From the IMG/VR virus record IMGVR_UViG_3300046703_000335, positions 1-64,000 of that record: DNA of 64,000 nucleotides. One strand, given 5' to 3'. Positions 41,862 through 52,017 of the stretch are shown here, in pieces (the stretch's first letter is position 1; each line of letters begins with the position of its first letter). Position numbers and translations under genes: made by a program. The notes under the pieces were generated by a model. It searched no databases. It was not told the DNA's origin and saw only the letters and a program-made list of their open reading frames with translations.

Positions 41862-41973
41862 ATTTTTTCTTAGTAGGATCTTTTTTAACAGGTTCCTTAT
41901 CCTCTGTAAAATCCTTCTTAAGATCTATTTTCATCTGCTGTCTTATTCTCTTTTTCTCTTCTTCAGTTCTCAT
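41836..41973 (-). CDS. Small basic protein, 45 aa (MRTEEEKKRIRQQMKID...)
   Basis: Manual translation; start overlaps the upstream stop; absent from the ORF track. Confidence 0.45.
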   Translation of the reverse strand: MRTEEEKKRIRQQMKIDLKKDFTEDKEPVKKDPTKKKYGKGTFGK

Positions 41974-42424
41974 TCCAATTTAATGCTCCTATACCATCTT
42001 CAAGTTCTTTGGTCACTTCTATTACAGTAAGGCTATCCCGTGCAAAGCCACTATGAATCACATTGGCGATCTTTAATGTATTTTCACTGTTTAACCACCA
42101 ATCATCTTCACCACGGAACTTCACATGTCCTTTTACAAAAAGAGCTTCCTTATACTGACTTAGTGAATATAAAGGAGTCCCATCACAATCTCGATCGTGG
42201 CTTATTACCCATAATCTGGCATGTATCTTTTCACAACTACCCCCACCATGCCATTTATCAAACTTAACTTCTACTAAAGATCCAATAGGAATATCGTGAA
42301 CTATATCGAGATTGTTCTCTCGAATAGTCCTCCCATTTTCTTCGATAATGTCCGCTATATTAATTGCTATCGCAGGTATTGTTTGTGGGTTCGGAGGGCT
42401 CACAAGGTGCCTCCGAAGCAGCAT
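41963..42424 (-). CDS. Hypothetical protein
   Basis: ORF; true start uncertain. Confidence 0.55.
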   Translation of the reverse strand: MLLRRHLVSPPNPQTIPAIAINIADIIEENGRTIRENNLDIVHDIPIGSLVEVKFDKWHGGGSCEKIHARLWVISHDRDCDGTPLYSLSQYKEALFVKGHVKFRGEDDWWLNSENTLKIANVIHSGFARDSLTVIEVTKELEDGIGALNWNEN

Positions 42425-42875
42425 AGGACTTGTCGCATTTTTTTGAGTTCCTTCTTATCTTATATAATTTTATTTTGAGTTTAAGATCCTTAATTGCGTA
42501 AATGATACAAAATTTTAGAGTACCAAAAAGAATCCGGAGTACATTAAACTTTTTAGCTTCAAGAATTCTAATTTTTTCATTATCATGAAGCTTCCATCCT
42601 ATCGAATCAAAATCTATCCTATATTCATTACCCCGCCAGGTATCCTCCTCTTTAAGAAGATCTGTCTTATGTGGGGCATGCCCATTATATGAAATTATTG
42701 GTCTGAAATCCCCATCCCCATCAGCAAAAAAAGATGTCCATCGACTGCAACCGGCACTACCTAATTGTTGCCAGGTAGCCAACAGATCTTCTAATGCCAT
42801 AGACTGCTGTATAGATAGATTTTTTATTAAGATTACAGAATCAAACTTTTTACCTTTTAAACTATTTTTTTTCAT
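42360..42875 (-). CDS. Hypothetical protein
   Basis: ORF coupled to neighbours; FFADGDGDFRP. Confidence 0.55.
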   Translation of the reverse strand: MKKNSLKGKKFDSVILIKNLSIQQSMALEDLLATWQQLGSAGCSRWTSFFADGDGDFRPIISYNGHAPHKTDLLKEEDTWRGNEYRIDFDSIGWKLHDNEKIRILEAKKFNVLRILFGTLKFCIIYAIKDLKLKIKLYKIRRNSKKCDKSYAASEAPCEPSEPTNNTCDSN

Positions 42876-43396
42876 TTAATCAAACTCGTTCCACCAAATA
42901 GAGCATAACTTGTCAGTATTGATGTAGCTATACCTGCCGCAAAACCAATATATCCCATATTTTTTTCAAGCCAACTCCGCTCGGATTTCTTCTCCAGCTT
43001 CACAATCTTATCCTGGTATAACGTCTCAGCTGCTTTAGCCTTGCTATAATATTCTGACATTAAATACTTCGTATATTTAAGTTCCGTCTGCTGACGCTCC
43101 CAGGAAGCTTTATAAAAGGAGTAGAGCATCGCTTTACGATCACTTATTAGGACTCCTGGAGGCACTACCATAGAGTCTTTCTTTGTCATTCTAAGCATCC
43201 CGCCATCAAGAGGGATAGAGACAAAATCTTTTAGGGTAGAATCAACTACCCTATTAGTATCATCAAGATGAAAAGGTTGAATGCTATCAATGTTAAGATA
43301 TGCAGGCATGAAGCTATACCCAAGAGGAGATTCTTTCATTTCTTTAGTAGTACAGGAAGTCAGGAGCAATACAAAAATAAAAATAGTATTCTTCAT
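42872..43396 (-). CDS. Lipoprotein with C-terminal TM; candidate unimolecular spanin
   Basis: Lipobox LLTSC (Cys15), coiled-coil, C-terminal hydrophobic helix. Confidence 0.55.
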   Translation of the reverse strand: MKNTIFIFVLLLTSCTTKEMKESPLGYSFMPAYLNIDSIQPFHLDDTNRVVDSTLKDFVSIPLDGGMLRMTKKDSMVVPPGVLISDRKAMLYSFYKASWERQQTELKYTKYLMSEYYSKAKAAETLYQDKIVKLEKKSERSWLEKNMGYIGFAAGIATSILTSYALFGGTSLIK

Positions 43397-43401
43397 GATT
43401 A

Positions 43402-43794
43402 TTACCCTATCATTGCTGCTAAACGTTTACGACGCTCTGATGTATCCTCAATCTGCTTAATTCCCTCAAGCTGTTTGATTGTCTCTTCATTCTTATTTTT
43501 AGCTGCGGATATCTCGATTGCAGTTTCCATTTGGACCTCTACAAGCTTGTCCTTAAGATTCTCAATAGATTTACTCGTATCATCATTTGGTTTATCACCG
43601 GATGACGATTTGATATCCGTTTTACCTTTTGAATCAGCAATGATTTTAAGTATTATAAGAATTGCCAGAGGAGCGAGAATTATAAAATACTTCCAGTTAC
43701 TCTTAACGAAGGTAGTATTTCGAAAAATTATAAGAAGTATTCCGATTATAAGTATCCCAAATAGTGATAGCCATTCCCAGGACATAATCACCAC
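43402..43794 (-). CDS. Membrane protein (2 TM plus coiled-coil); possible lysis accessory
   Basis: Hydrophobic N-terminus; adjacent to the lipoprotein. Confidence 0.5.
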   Translation of the reverse strand: MVIMSWEWLSLFGILIIGILLIIFRNTTFVKSNWKYFIILAPLAILIILKIIADSKGKTDIKSSSGDKPNDDTSKSIENLKDKLVEVQMETAIEISAAKNKNEETIKQLEGIKQIEDTSERRKRLAAMIG

Positions 43795-43810
43795 CTTTCA
43801 GCTATAAAAT

Positions 43811-43843
43811 GAAAAAGTGCCGAGAATCTTATGACTCCGACAC
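43811..43843 (-). terminator. Rho-independent terminator
   Basis: GTGTCGGAGTC-ATAA-GATTCTCGGCAC followed by TTTTTC. Confidence 0.6.
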
Positions 43844-43883
43844 TGTAACATAATAACTGACAAAGATTATTTAAACCTAAATT

Positions 43884-44999
43884 TTAATTTTCTTCAAGAA
43901 TTCTTTTTAATCGAGTAGAACACTCTACAGAATCCGGCAGGGTATTAAAGTTGGGACGAACTCTCCGGTGGATATTTTTCCATAGTTTAAGACTATTTCC
44001 CTTATGATAATACATAAGATCTGAGACAAGATCTGGATATCGCTCAGTTACCATAAAAAACAAAGTTTTATGGCTTATGTCCGCAGGAATATCTTTCATA
44101 ACTTCCTCATAAGTTTCCTTAACCCTAATATAGTCATTATGGTGGATATCGTATATCTGCCGATACAAGAGGTCTGTAAGCTCTCTAAACTCTTCGGGTA
44201 CCTCTGCTATGAAACTACGGGGGATATCCGCTTTATCGAAGTCCCAGGCACCCCAGAATGATAGTAGAGTCATATGTGATAGAATTCTATGAATTTTACA
44301 GTATTCTGATCCCTTAACCTTAATCTTAAGACCATTGTGGAAAGTAATAACAAAACCCTCCTCAGTCGCCGGTAGAGTCTTACAATAAGCATATAACTCA
44401 TCCAGGCTATTGAACTCTACAGCCTCTACCACAGTGGCTCCTATGCGCTTTCCTTCCTCTTTAAGGGAGGTGTAGGATATCTCTTCTCCGGTTTCATTAT
44501 TGATGACACCTAAAAGTATCAAATCCTCTGTATCACCATAGTCTATTACAATTTTATTTTCTGGATAGACCATCTCAAAAAGATATGTATGCCCTTTAAG
44601 CATTTCTGTTGACCTTATATGCTTCCGGAACCATATAGTAGCCCACTGCGCCTGATCTGATAAGAAAGATCCCTTGGTCGCTATATAATCTTGACCTTCA
44701 TATCTAAAGTAAATCGCTAAGCTACCGTCAATCTTCTTAAGGGAAATAAAAGGCTTCTTCGCCAAGTCACAAAGATCAATCTTACCCATAAGCTCGGAGG
44801 CATTAAAGAATTTCTTAAAGGAACGTGAAACCACCTCTCCAGTGATCCTATTAAATATGATACCCCGTGCAGCCATAGTGATATCATCCCAATGCCCGTC
44901 ATATTGACATTCCCGTGAATAGCAAAAAAGAACAAGATCATTCCACTCAGTATGTCTGACATAAGGATGGTCATAAAATTTCTTAATATCAAAAGTCAT
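43884..44999 (-). CDS. T4 Rnl1-family RNA ligase
   Basis: ARGIIF, SFKKFFN, KIDGSL motif I, LFE, EEGFV, KIKVKG.EY. Confidence 0.9.
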   Translation of the reverse strand: MTFDIKKFYDHPYVRHTEWNDLVLFCYSRECQYDGHWDDITMAARGIIFNRITGEVVSRSFKKFFNASELMGKIDLCDLAKKPFISLKKIDGSLAIYFRYEGQDYIATKGSFLSDQAQWATIWFRKHIRSTEMLKGHTYLFEMVYPENKIVIDYGDTEDLILLGVINNETGEEISYTSLKEEGKRIGATVVEAVEFNSLDELYAYCKTLPATEEGFVITFHNGLKIKVKGSEYCKIHRILSHMTLLSFWGAWDFDKADIPRSFIAEVPEEFRELTDLLYRQIYDIHHNDYIRVKETYEEVMKDIPADISHKTLFFMVTERYPDLVSDLMYYHKGNSLKLWKNIHRRVRPNFNTLPDSVECSTRLKRILEEN

Positions 45000-45451
45000 G
45001 GTATATACTCCAGTGCGTATTTTGCAAATTCAGGAAAGTCATGTATTATTAAAGGTAAATCTTGCTTATTTTGCCCATAAGACATCATAAAGGGAAGAGC
45101 TCTTTTACAAAATATATCTGAATTAACCTTGTTAAAGGGATCACTTTGTGCCCCATCGCTATATTCATCACCTTCACAAAAAACAAATCTATAGATATAT
45201 TCATCAGTTATTTCATCTTTTTCCCAGTACTTTTTTAGAGACCCCAGCCCAATAGTGTAAAATTCTACATAGTATATATGATCAATGCAATAATGCAGCT
45301 GTACCCCATTCTGACCGTACTGAGCAGATCTGTATAGCTCTTCAAAGTACAAAATATTCTTAGGGAATATCTGAAACATAAACATAACCTTATCCTCATA
45401 AGACATGGCATCTATTTTAAGTAGATCTTCATGATTTATAATTCTGCTCAT
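44996..45451 (-). CDS. Hypothetical protein
   Basis: Coupled ORF. Confidence 0.55.
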   Translation of the reverse strand: MSRIINHEDLLKIDAMSYEDKVMFMFQIFPKNILYFEELYRSAQYGQNGVQLHYCIDHIYYVEFYTIGLGSLKKYWEKDEITDEYIYRFVFCEGDEYSDGAQSDPFNKVNSDIFCKRALPFMMSYGQNKQDLPLIIHDFPEFAKYALEYIP

Positions 45452-45452
45452 A

Positions 45453-47453
45453 TTAACCCTTTTGTAATTCCCTTAAACAATTGCCACAAAGACGAAAATT
45501 AACATAATATGCTGGGACATTCCGTTGATTAAACTGAATGTCACCAAGTCTATCCATAACAGCAACAAACCAGGGATTTTTTATCAATGCAATTGGGTCA
45601 ATGTCATCCAAAATTGAATTCCCAAAATACTGTGTTGAAGATAAATTTAAATATTTTTTTATTTGGTCCGGAATAAGGGAGAGTTCTTCTTCTTTAATTT
45701 CAAAGAATGCTCTGAAGATATCCCAGTCAAGAAATTGCAATGTATAAAAATGTCGGGCTATAGCATCATCACAATAGCAGCATAAGTGCTTATATCCCTT
45801 TATGGTCGAAGAAGGATATGAAAAAGATCGATCGTCACTTGAATAGTAATGCTGATGCAATTGTGTATAGCCAGTTAAACGGAAAGTATTTAAATAGGAG
45901 CCATGCTCATTTTTTACTTTTTTATCTATAGAATTTAGTATCGTGGTATCTATATAACCTTGTTCATTAGCTTTAGATACTGTACCAAACTGACGATATA
46001 CTCGAAGTGGGTAAGTTAAATTTTTCAAGCTTTTCTGGGCTAAAAATTTTAAACCTTTATTAGTTATAAATGAAGCGAGCTCTTCAGAAACATTATTATG
46101 ATTTTTCTTAAAATCTTCAAGCCACATCTCTTGGAGCGCTTCAGCTCTATTAAGTCTATTTCTAAATATTATTGATCGTCTCAAATGTTCTATAGAAGTC
46201 AAGCTACCTTGGGACAATCCCGACAAGTCAGTAGCTTGTACCATAGGGAGTTCCGCTTCAACTCCCTTTAAGGTATCTGATACATCATCCACACCAGCTT
46301 TATCCGGAGACCATGAGATATCCAAAGCACCAAGTGCGGGTAATAAAGATGCAGCAATCGCTGGAACATTCTCTGTAGAACCTTTCAAGAGCTGGTCTAC
46401 GAACCCAGCACAGGATGTATTTGATATTTTTGATGCAAATTCCTGATCCTTAAAAAATGTAATGCAGTTATCGACAAAAGCATACGTATATAGCACAGTA
46501 TGTGGAGAGCATTTAGTAAGTTCCCCTATGGATGTAAAGACGCTTTCTTCAAATATATTAACTGCTTTACTTGTAGTTTCCCCCGCAAAAAAGTTCATTA
46601 CAATCTCTACAGGGAGATAGCATGTCTCGTACTTACGATCAAGCCAAGCATCCTTACCAACAGTACCATTTGATTTATTTCTATAGTACTGATCTCGAAA
46701 AGAGTGCTTAGAATTTTCTACGAGGTATGCATAACCTTTTTGACGAAATAGTACATAAAAAGCAGTCTCTGCATGATTACCATAGGGGACATTTGCAATA
46801 ATATACACCCCAGGTTTAGCCCTATTAGCAAATGCGATTATTTGCTCTGGTTTATCTGTATAAAAAATATGGGTATTAAGTACTAATTCCGTGTCAAAAG
46901 GATGTTCTTCGCTTATAGGTATTTTAGATACTAAAAATTCACGACACCCATAATGATGCAAAGAGATATACATAGCATGTTTAAGTGCCTTTAAAATTTC
47001 AAATATATTCTTCCCTGAATTCAATATCTCTATACAAGATTCATAATAAATACCTAAGTTTCGCATGCCCCTTTTTACATAAATTTTTAAAATATCAAGG
47101 TGTATTGTTAAATCTACGTACCTTTTAGTTTTCTCTTCAAATGCTTTGTGATCAAATTTTCTACGATGAATAAATTCCTTAGGGTCTAAGGATACCTCGT
47201 ATACTTCACTAAAATAATGTAGATAAATTAATGATTCAAAAATAAGTTGAAGAGTTAAAGAATGAAATCCACCCTTCATAACTTTAGAAAATTCTGCGTA
47301 ATCAAAAGAAGGATCTCCAGCATAACCGGACATTGTACCTGTCTCATGGTATCTTGATATCTTTTCTATAATTTCTGAACCATAATCATAGAATTGTTCT
47401 CTTACTTTGTCAAGAGATTCCAACATTATTTTTAATTCTATATTCTTTTTCAT
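45453..47453 (-). CDS. Large hypothetical protein, 666 aa, with C-terminal Cys pairs
   Basis: Long ORF; CCYC and CGNC near the C-terminus. Confidence 0.6.
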   Translation of the reverse strand: MKKNIELKIMLESLDKVREQFYDYGSEIIEKISRYHETGTMSGYAGDPSFDYAEFSKVMKGGFHSLTLQLIFESLIYLHYFSEVYEVSLDPKEFIHRRKFDHKAFEEKTKRYVDLTIHLDILKIYVKRGMRNLGIYYESCIEILNSGKNIFEILKALKHAMYISLHHYGCREFLVSKIPISEEHPFDTELVLNTHIFYTDKPEQIIAFANRAKPGVYIIANVPYGNHAETAFYVLFRQKGYAYLVENSKHSFRDQYYRNKSNGTVGKDAWLDRKYETCYLPVEIVMNFFAGETTSKAVNIFEESVFTSIGELTKCSPHTVLYTYAFVDNCITFFKDQEFASKISNTSCAGFVDQLLKGSTENVPAIAASLLPALGALDISWSPDKAGVDDVSDTLKGVEAELPMVQATDLSGLSQGSLTSIEHLRRSIIFRNRLNRAEALQEMWLEDFKKNHNNVSEELASFITNKGLKFLAQKSLKNLTYPLRVYRQFGTVSKANEQGYIDTTILNSIDKKVKNEHGSYLNTFRLTGYTQLHQHYYSSDDRSFSYPSSTIKGYKHLCCYCDDAIARHFYTLQFLDWDIFRAFFEIKEEELSLIPDQIKKYLNLSSTQYFGNSILDDIDPIALIKNPWFVAVMDRLGDIQFNQRNVPAYYVNFRLCGNCLRELQKG

Positions 47454-47537
47454 ATTTTGTTACCAGGGAATATTTGAAGGTACAATGAGTATCTATAGTA
47501 TAATTTAACCCTCATAGATAAAACTCCGAAACCCAAT

Positions 47538-48197
47538 TTACGATATAAGAAAATCCCAACCTTTAACAAGCCATTCTACATAAAGATCATCTTGTTTACC
47601 ATACCAACCACAAGCATAGGGGGAATTAGCTTCTACCAAAGCCATTTCTCCAGAATCCAACAATCCGAAATCCACTGCTCCACAATAACCTTTAGGAATA
47701 TCTATATCTAATTCGGGAGCATCTGGAGTATTTAGCTCATCACCAGAATACCATTCTCCTGTTAGAATCTTTCCATCAGCGATATAGTATCTCCACTCAT
47801 TTATAAAGGTAACGATATCTGAACACCAATAGGGGCCTCGTTTTTTCTTTCTATAGCCCCCTACTGTAATAAAACCATTAAATCTTTTATGACGATCTGC
47901 TGGCTTAATAAATACGCCCCTATTTTGGGGCCATAAAGTCGATTTCCATACTTTTCTATAAAGGTGGTCTTTTAAAAAATCAGGATAATAATCTGGTATA
48001 GTCTTTTCACTGGGTAAGAACTTTTCGCACCAATCCACCCGACCAGAAGGAATATATCCTTCTGGTCTATCTCCCAGTCTATTACAAAGTTTATAGGGGA
48101 TCCTTTTTAAGATACAGTAGCTTATGATGGCTTTCTCTTCATTAGCACAGGAACCATAAACTAAATGTGATTGTAATGCAAATCCTTTAATATCCAT
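47538..48197 (-). CDS. ATP-grasp (R2K/DUF4343-like) protein
   Basis: VFIKPA..KRF.G, EWRYYI..G.I, AVDFG......ALVEAN..Y. Confidence 0.75.
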   Translation of the reverse strand: MDIKGFALQSHLVYGSCANEEKAIISYCILKRIPYKLCNRLGDRPEGYIPSGRVDWCEKFLPSEKTIPDYYPDFLKDHLYRKVWKSTLWPQNRGVFIKPADRHKRFNGFITVGGYRKKKRGPYWCSDIVTFINEWRYYIADGKILTGEWYSGDELNTPDAPELDIDIPKGYCGAVDFGLLDSGEMALVEANSPYACGWYGKQDDLYVEWLVKGWDFLIS

Positions 48198-48261
48198 TTT
48201 TCAAAAAATCCCTAATAATGTGGACTACCCGCTCACTCTATTTTTTAAGGGGAGCATGCCT

Positions 48262-48744
48262 TCATAGTTCGATTACCCATATATCTGGATACTTTAATAA
48301 GACACCGGTAATCTCTGGAAATTCATTTATCAAAAGAGGGATATCGATAAGTTTTCCAGTATATACCGAACGAATCAACATACCAAGTGTTCTAATCTTA
48401 TTTTTTACAACATCATCCCATTTACTTGAATAGTACTCATACTCTTTTTCTGAAAAAAGAGCATCAGATATATGAATCTTATAGATACTATCTATCATAG
48501 TCACTACTCTATTAATACCTGAAGATTGTTGACATTGATTAGTCATGAAAGATCTTGAAGTACTAATATTTAGTGATCTTATAGTGTCTATTCTGTCCAT
48601 AGTACTTAATGCAGAATAATCAAAAAATTTAAGCTCAGCATGCTTTTTCAGAATATTATATATTTTAAATTCTGTTAAATGAGGACTATTCTGCCCAAAT
48701 ACTAAGGCTACCGCATGGTAGTTAAACTCATCATTGTTATCCAT
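48262..48744 (-). CDS. Hypothetical protein
   Basis: ORF. Confidence 0.5.
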   Translation of the reverse strand: MDNNDEFNYHAVALVFGQNSPHLTEFKIYNILKKHAELKFFDYSALSTMDRIDTIRSLNISTSRSFMTNQCQQSSGINRVVTMIDSIYKIHISDALFSEKEYEYYSSKWDDVVKNKIRTLGMLIRSVYTGKLIDIPLLINEFPEITGVLLKYPDIWVIEL

Positions 48745-48751
48745 GCTATAC

Positions 48752-49003
48752 CTACTTTAATTCCAGGTACATTTTATTACACGTAGCACAATAAGAAGCA
48801 GGTACATTTCCACCTTTAAATCCCCAATTTCTTAAAAGATTTTCAATCTTCATTACTCTTTTTCCACCACAAAGAGCTTCACGGGAATATTCTCCTGAAA
48901 CAGATAGATAATAGTGCCACATACCACTCATACTATCCACAACTTTTAATAAATGTTTTTTTTGATTCTTCTGTTTCATCTTTTTTTCTTTCGTTTCATG
49001 CAT
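48752..49003 (-). CDS. Small Zn-binding hypothetical protein
   Basis: ALCG...CATC. Confidence 0.45.
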   Translation of the reverse strand: MHETKEKKMKQKNQKKHLLKVVDSMSGMWHYYLSVSGEYSREALCGGKRVMKIENLLRNWGFKGGNVPASYCATCNKMYLELK

Positions 49004-49263
49004 ATCCCAAAATTTTTTTGCTTTCTAACCCATTTAACCCATTTTTGGACACTCGGTTGAGATCTAAGCAGATTTATATTATAGTAGAGATCTCTCAGCT
49101 CATTATTAGTAAAAAGCATGTGAATTTGATCTCCACAATCGATGCAAACCAGCTCAGTATCCCTACCTCCCTTTGCTACCGGAGTAGTATGATGTTTTTC
49201 CTGATAACGTGTATCTGGGATCTCTCTACCGCACAGGGAACAGTATATTTCTTCTTTACGCAT
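48976..49263 (-). CDS. Small HNH endonuclease
   Basis: CSLC, HHTTP..KGG, C..C..QIH. Confidence 0.75.
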   Translation of the reverse strand: MRKEEIYCSLCGREIPDTRYQEKHHTTPVAKGGRDTELVCIDCGDQIHMLFTNNELRDLYYNINLLRSQPSVQKWVKWVRKQKNFGICMKRKKKR

Positions 49264-49266
49264 AAA

Positions 49267-49440
49267 TCATTTAGGGATATCTTCAACTTTTTTATACCAG
49301 AATTCAAACCCCGTGACTTGAAGACCATGCTCTCTAGCTATTTCGATCAGATCATCCTCTGTGGCATCATCTTCAACTTCCATTTCCTCTGTATCAGCTT
49401 CGCTCATACCATTACATCGAGCACCAACGATTATTTTCAA
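49267..49440 (-). CDS. Small acidic phage protein, 57 aa, TTG start
   Basis: SD AGGAG then TTG AAA ATA...; MKIIVGARCNGMSEADTEE...WYKKVEDIPK. Confidence 0.55.
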   Translation of the reverse strand: MKIIVGARCNGMSEADTEEMEVEDDATEDDLIEIAREHGLQVTGFEFWYKKVEDIPK

Positions 49441-49539
49441 GATTTTTTCTCCTAAAAAATATAAATGAGTACATCTATAATTAATATACTGTTATAAAAC
49501 ATGGGACAAAAGTGCTATCTATAAAATACTGAGGATTTA

Positions 49540-50172
49540 TTACGAGAGATTAAGAGTCTTCTTAATACCTATCTGATAGTTATCTATGATCCAATCAAAC
49601 TGACCTCGATAGATATTTAAGAATGCATCGATAGCAATGCGCGGGTGAGTGAATCGTAACTTTGGGTTATCTTTATTAAATTCTGCATGACTTATGTAGT
49701 GCCATGGATCTGTGGTCTCCATTTCATAATCATCAATAAGCATTATCCCACCAACTTTTAAAAGTTTCCAGGATAATATCAAATCCTCAAGGAGATTACA
49801 GGCATTATGATCCCCATCCACATAAATAAAATCAAATCTAAAGATATTATCCTTTATAAGATCGATAAGAACTTTTCCGGAAGGTTCCCTATAAAATATA
49901 ATGTCTCCTAAATGCTGTCTTAGGTTATATTCTCCATTTTTAGCGATATAAGGATCAATACAATGTAACATCCCCTTACTTCTGTGGATACTTTCAATAC
50001 TTAAGATATTATCAATCAACCAACAGGAAGTTCTTCCCTCAAAAACTCCTATTTCTAAGAAATTCAACTGAGATTCTTCTGTATTACTAAAAAGCTGTTT
50101 GATATACGCAAAATTAGTATGATGATCGGCATTCCAAAAATTTATTTTTTTTGTAAACTTATACTTATTCAT
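49540..50172 (-). CDS. Class I SAM-dependent methyltransferase
   Basis: FLEIGVFEG, FDFIYVDGDH, LKVGGIMLIDDY. Confidence 0.85.
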   Translation of the reverse strand: MNKYKFTKKINFWNADHHTNFAYIKQLFSNTEESQLNFLEIGVFEGRTSCWLIDNILSIESIHRSKGMLHCIDPYIAKNGEYNLRQHLGDIIFYREPSGKVLIDLIKDNIFRFDFIYVDGDHNACNLLEDLILSWKLLKVGGIMLIDDYEMETTDPWHYISHAEFNKDNPKLRFTHPRIAIDAFLNIYRGQFDWIIDNYQIGIKKTLNLS

Positions 50173-50647
50173 TTATTATAAATTCTCTCATTTTTGGTAA
50201 GTATTTAATTACAAAGGTATCTGTATAGTACCATTTATCTTGAAGACACCTAAGCATATAAATACTTACTTTAAATGTATAAAAATTATAAGTGTCAAGT
50301 ATCGAATCCAATAGAAACTGATGAGTCTGAGAAACTTTACAAATATCTAACTCAATTAGTCTATCTCGAGTCCAACTTATTAAGTGCTCAGATTTAAACT
50401 TATTTGCTAATGTCAGAAACATCGTCTTATCTTCAGCTAATAATTCGTATTCATCATCTTTATACATATTAGAATACATATAGAGATACCATCGATATGT
50501 CCCGGGAACCAGATCCGGAGGAATATACCCTGGAACGTTATCATCCAATGAGCAATTCAGGTGATCAACTGATAATGCTAATAATCTATTTAAATATTCT
50601 GGATTAATCATTTCCACAGCCCTTAGGCTTGTATATGCCTTTTTCAC
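50165..50647 (-). CDS. Hypothetical protein
   Basis: ORF. Confidence 0.5.
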   Translation of the reverse strand: MKKAYTSLRAVEMINPEYLNRLLALSVDHLNCSLDDNVPGYIPPDLVPGTYRWYLYMYSNMYKDDEYELLAEDKTMFLTLANKFKSEHLISWTRDRLIELDICKVSQTHQFLLDSILDTYNFYTFKVSIYMLRCLQDKWYYTDTFVIKYLPKMREFIINE

Positions 50648-51479
50648 GAACTATTTTGTCATAATAATATACTGCGGGGACTCCTACTACTTCTACTCCA
50701 GTTTTAGTACGCTTGACAGTAGAATTATGGTTAAATTCATTCCTGGCTATATTACCTATTATTTTCATATCCTCAAAGCATGCAAAGACATTCCCACCTA
50801 AAGTATGCCCCCCAATAAGTATGGTCTTATATCCTCGAGTGCATGTACAAAAATCATTACACTTTTTATATTCAAAGTCTACAAGATACCAATCTTCTCC
50901 ATCATAATCCTTGACTTCATGGAAATCCTTGCCACGATCATACCCTTTAAAATCCTGAATCTTAAAAGGTATACCAAATGCCTTCCATTTACGTTTATTT
51001 TCTTTTATTACTTCCTTATCATTATGCACCAGTAGCTCTTTAACATATACGGGGACGCCATTATCATGAAGGAAGTGTACGTTGTCTTCGTACATTTTTA
51101 CTAAACTTGGAATATGACCCATCATTTTTCGATGAAAAGTAAATCCTACACGGTGTATCCTATCTTTATAGGGTAATAACCGTGCATAATTTTCACGACT
51201 CTGAAGGCCATTTGTGAGAAAATCAAAGCGTTCTATTGAAGTCGATCGAATAACTGTGCAGATAGTATTAATATTTGTGGAGATGAAAGGCTCACCACCG
51301 TGAAAATGCATCAAAATATCTTCAGCGGGTAAAAGATGTGTGTCCCTGAATAGTTTATATTGGTCAATTGAGAAAGATTGATGCTTTGTGTAATTAGAAT
51401 AGAAACGTTCATGATGGAAGCAATAACTGCAACGGAGATTACAGTCAAAAAAAATTGGGTATGCAATAAATAGCTTCAA
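50604..51479 (-). CDS. Radical SAM protein
   Basis: CNLRCSYC, FHGGEP, TNG; C-terminal Cys cluster. Confidence 0.85.
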   Translation of the reverse strand: MKLFIAYPIFFDCNLRCSYCFHHERFYSNYTKHQSFSIDQYKLFRDTHLLPAEDILMHFHGGEPFISTNINTICTVIRSTSIERFDFLTNGLQSRENYARLLPYKDRIHRVGFTFHRKMMGHIPSLVKMYEDNVHFLHDNGVPVYVKELLVHNDKEVIKENKRKWKAFGIPFKIQDFKGYDRGKDFHEVKDYDGEDWYLVDFEYKKCNDFCTCTRGYKTILIGGHTLGGNVFACFEDMKIIGNIARNEFNHNSTVKRTKTGVEVVGVPAVYYYDKIVREKGIYKPKGCGND

Positions 51480-51520
51480 AGTATATTATCTTTTATTTAT
51501 ATTATATGTTAATTTACAAA

Positions 51521-51921
51521 TGGAGGAGAGGGGAGTTGAACCCCTGTGTCAAGTATGATCCCTATTAATCTCTACATGCTTAGTTTAATTTGCACTACCC
51601 CTCTGTAAATATCAATTAAACAAAATTTTTAACAGAGTGCATTAAGTAATTTCGGTCCCCTTCTCTATTATGCTTTTCGGGTACCCTACTTCGTGATCTT
51701 TTAAGAGATCGGATCCCACGATTGTCCGATACTCTTTGCTACCTTTAATTAGGCAGCGATTGAGCTTGCAACACCTAAACTGATATTATCAGCAAAGGCG
51801 AGAGCAAACTTAACAGCATAATCTTTTGCAATTATACTTTAACGGATGATTTACGAGGCCAACCGTTATCCTCAACATGCAATTAATACTTCACCTACCT
51901 GATCGAAACCAGTACTCCCCC
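51521..51921 (-). ncRNA. ssrA: tmRNA with tag (A)AKDYAVKFALAFADNISLGVASSIAA*
   Basis: 5' GGGGGAGUACUGGUUUCGAUC; 3' GGGUUCAACUCCC-CUCCUCCA; G3:U70 pair; AUAAUU-GCA resume context; tag ORF 51749..51829. Confidence 0.93.
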
Positions 51922-52017
51922 AAAACGTTCAAAGAACACTTTTAATATACATTCATGAAAAACAGGACGCCCAATTATTTATAAATTAACTTCCTAATAG
52001 AATGTTAATTCCCTGCT

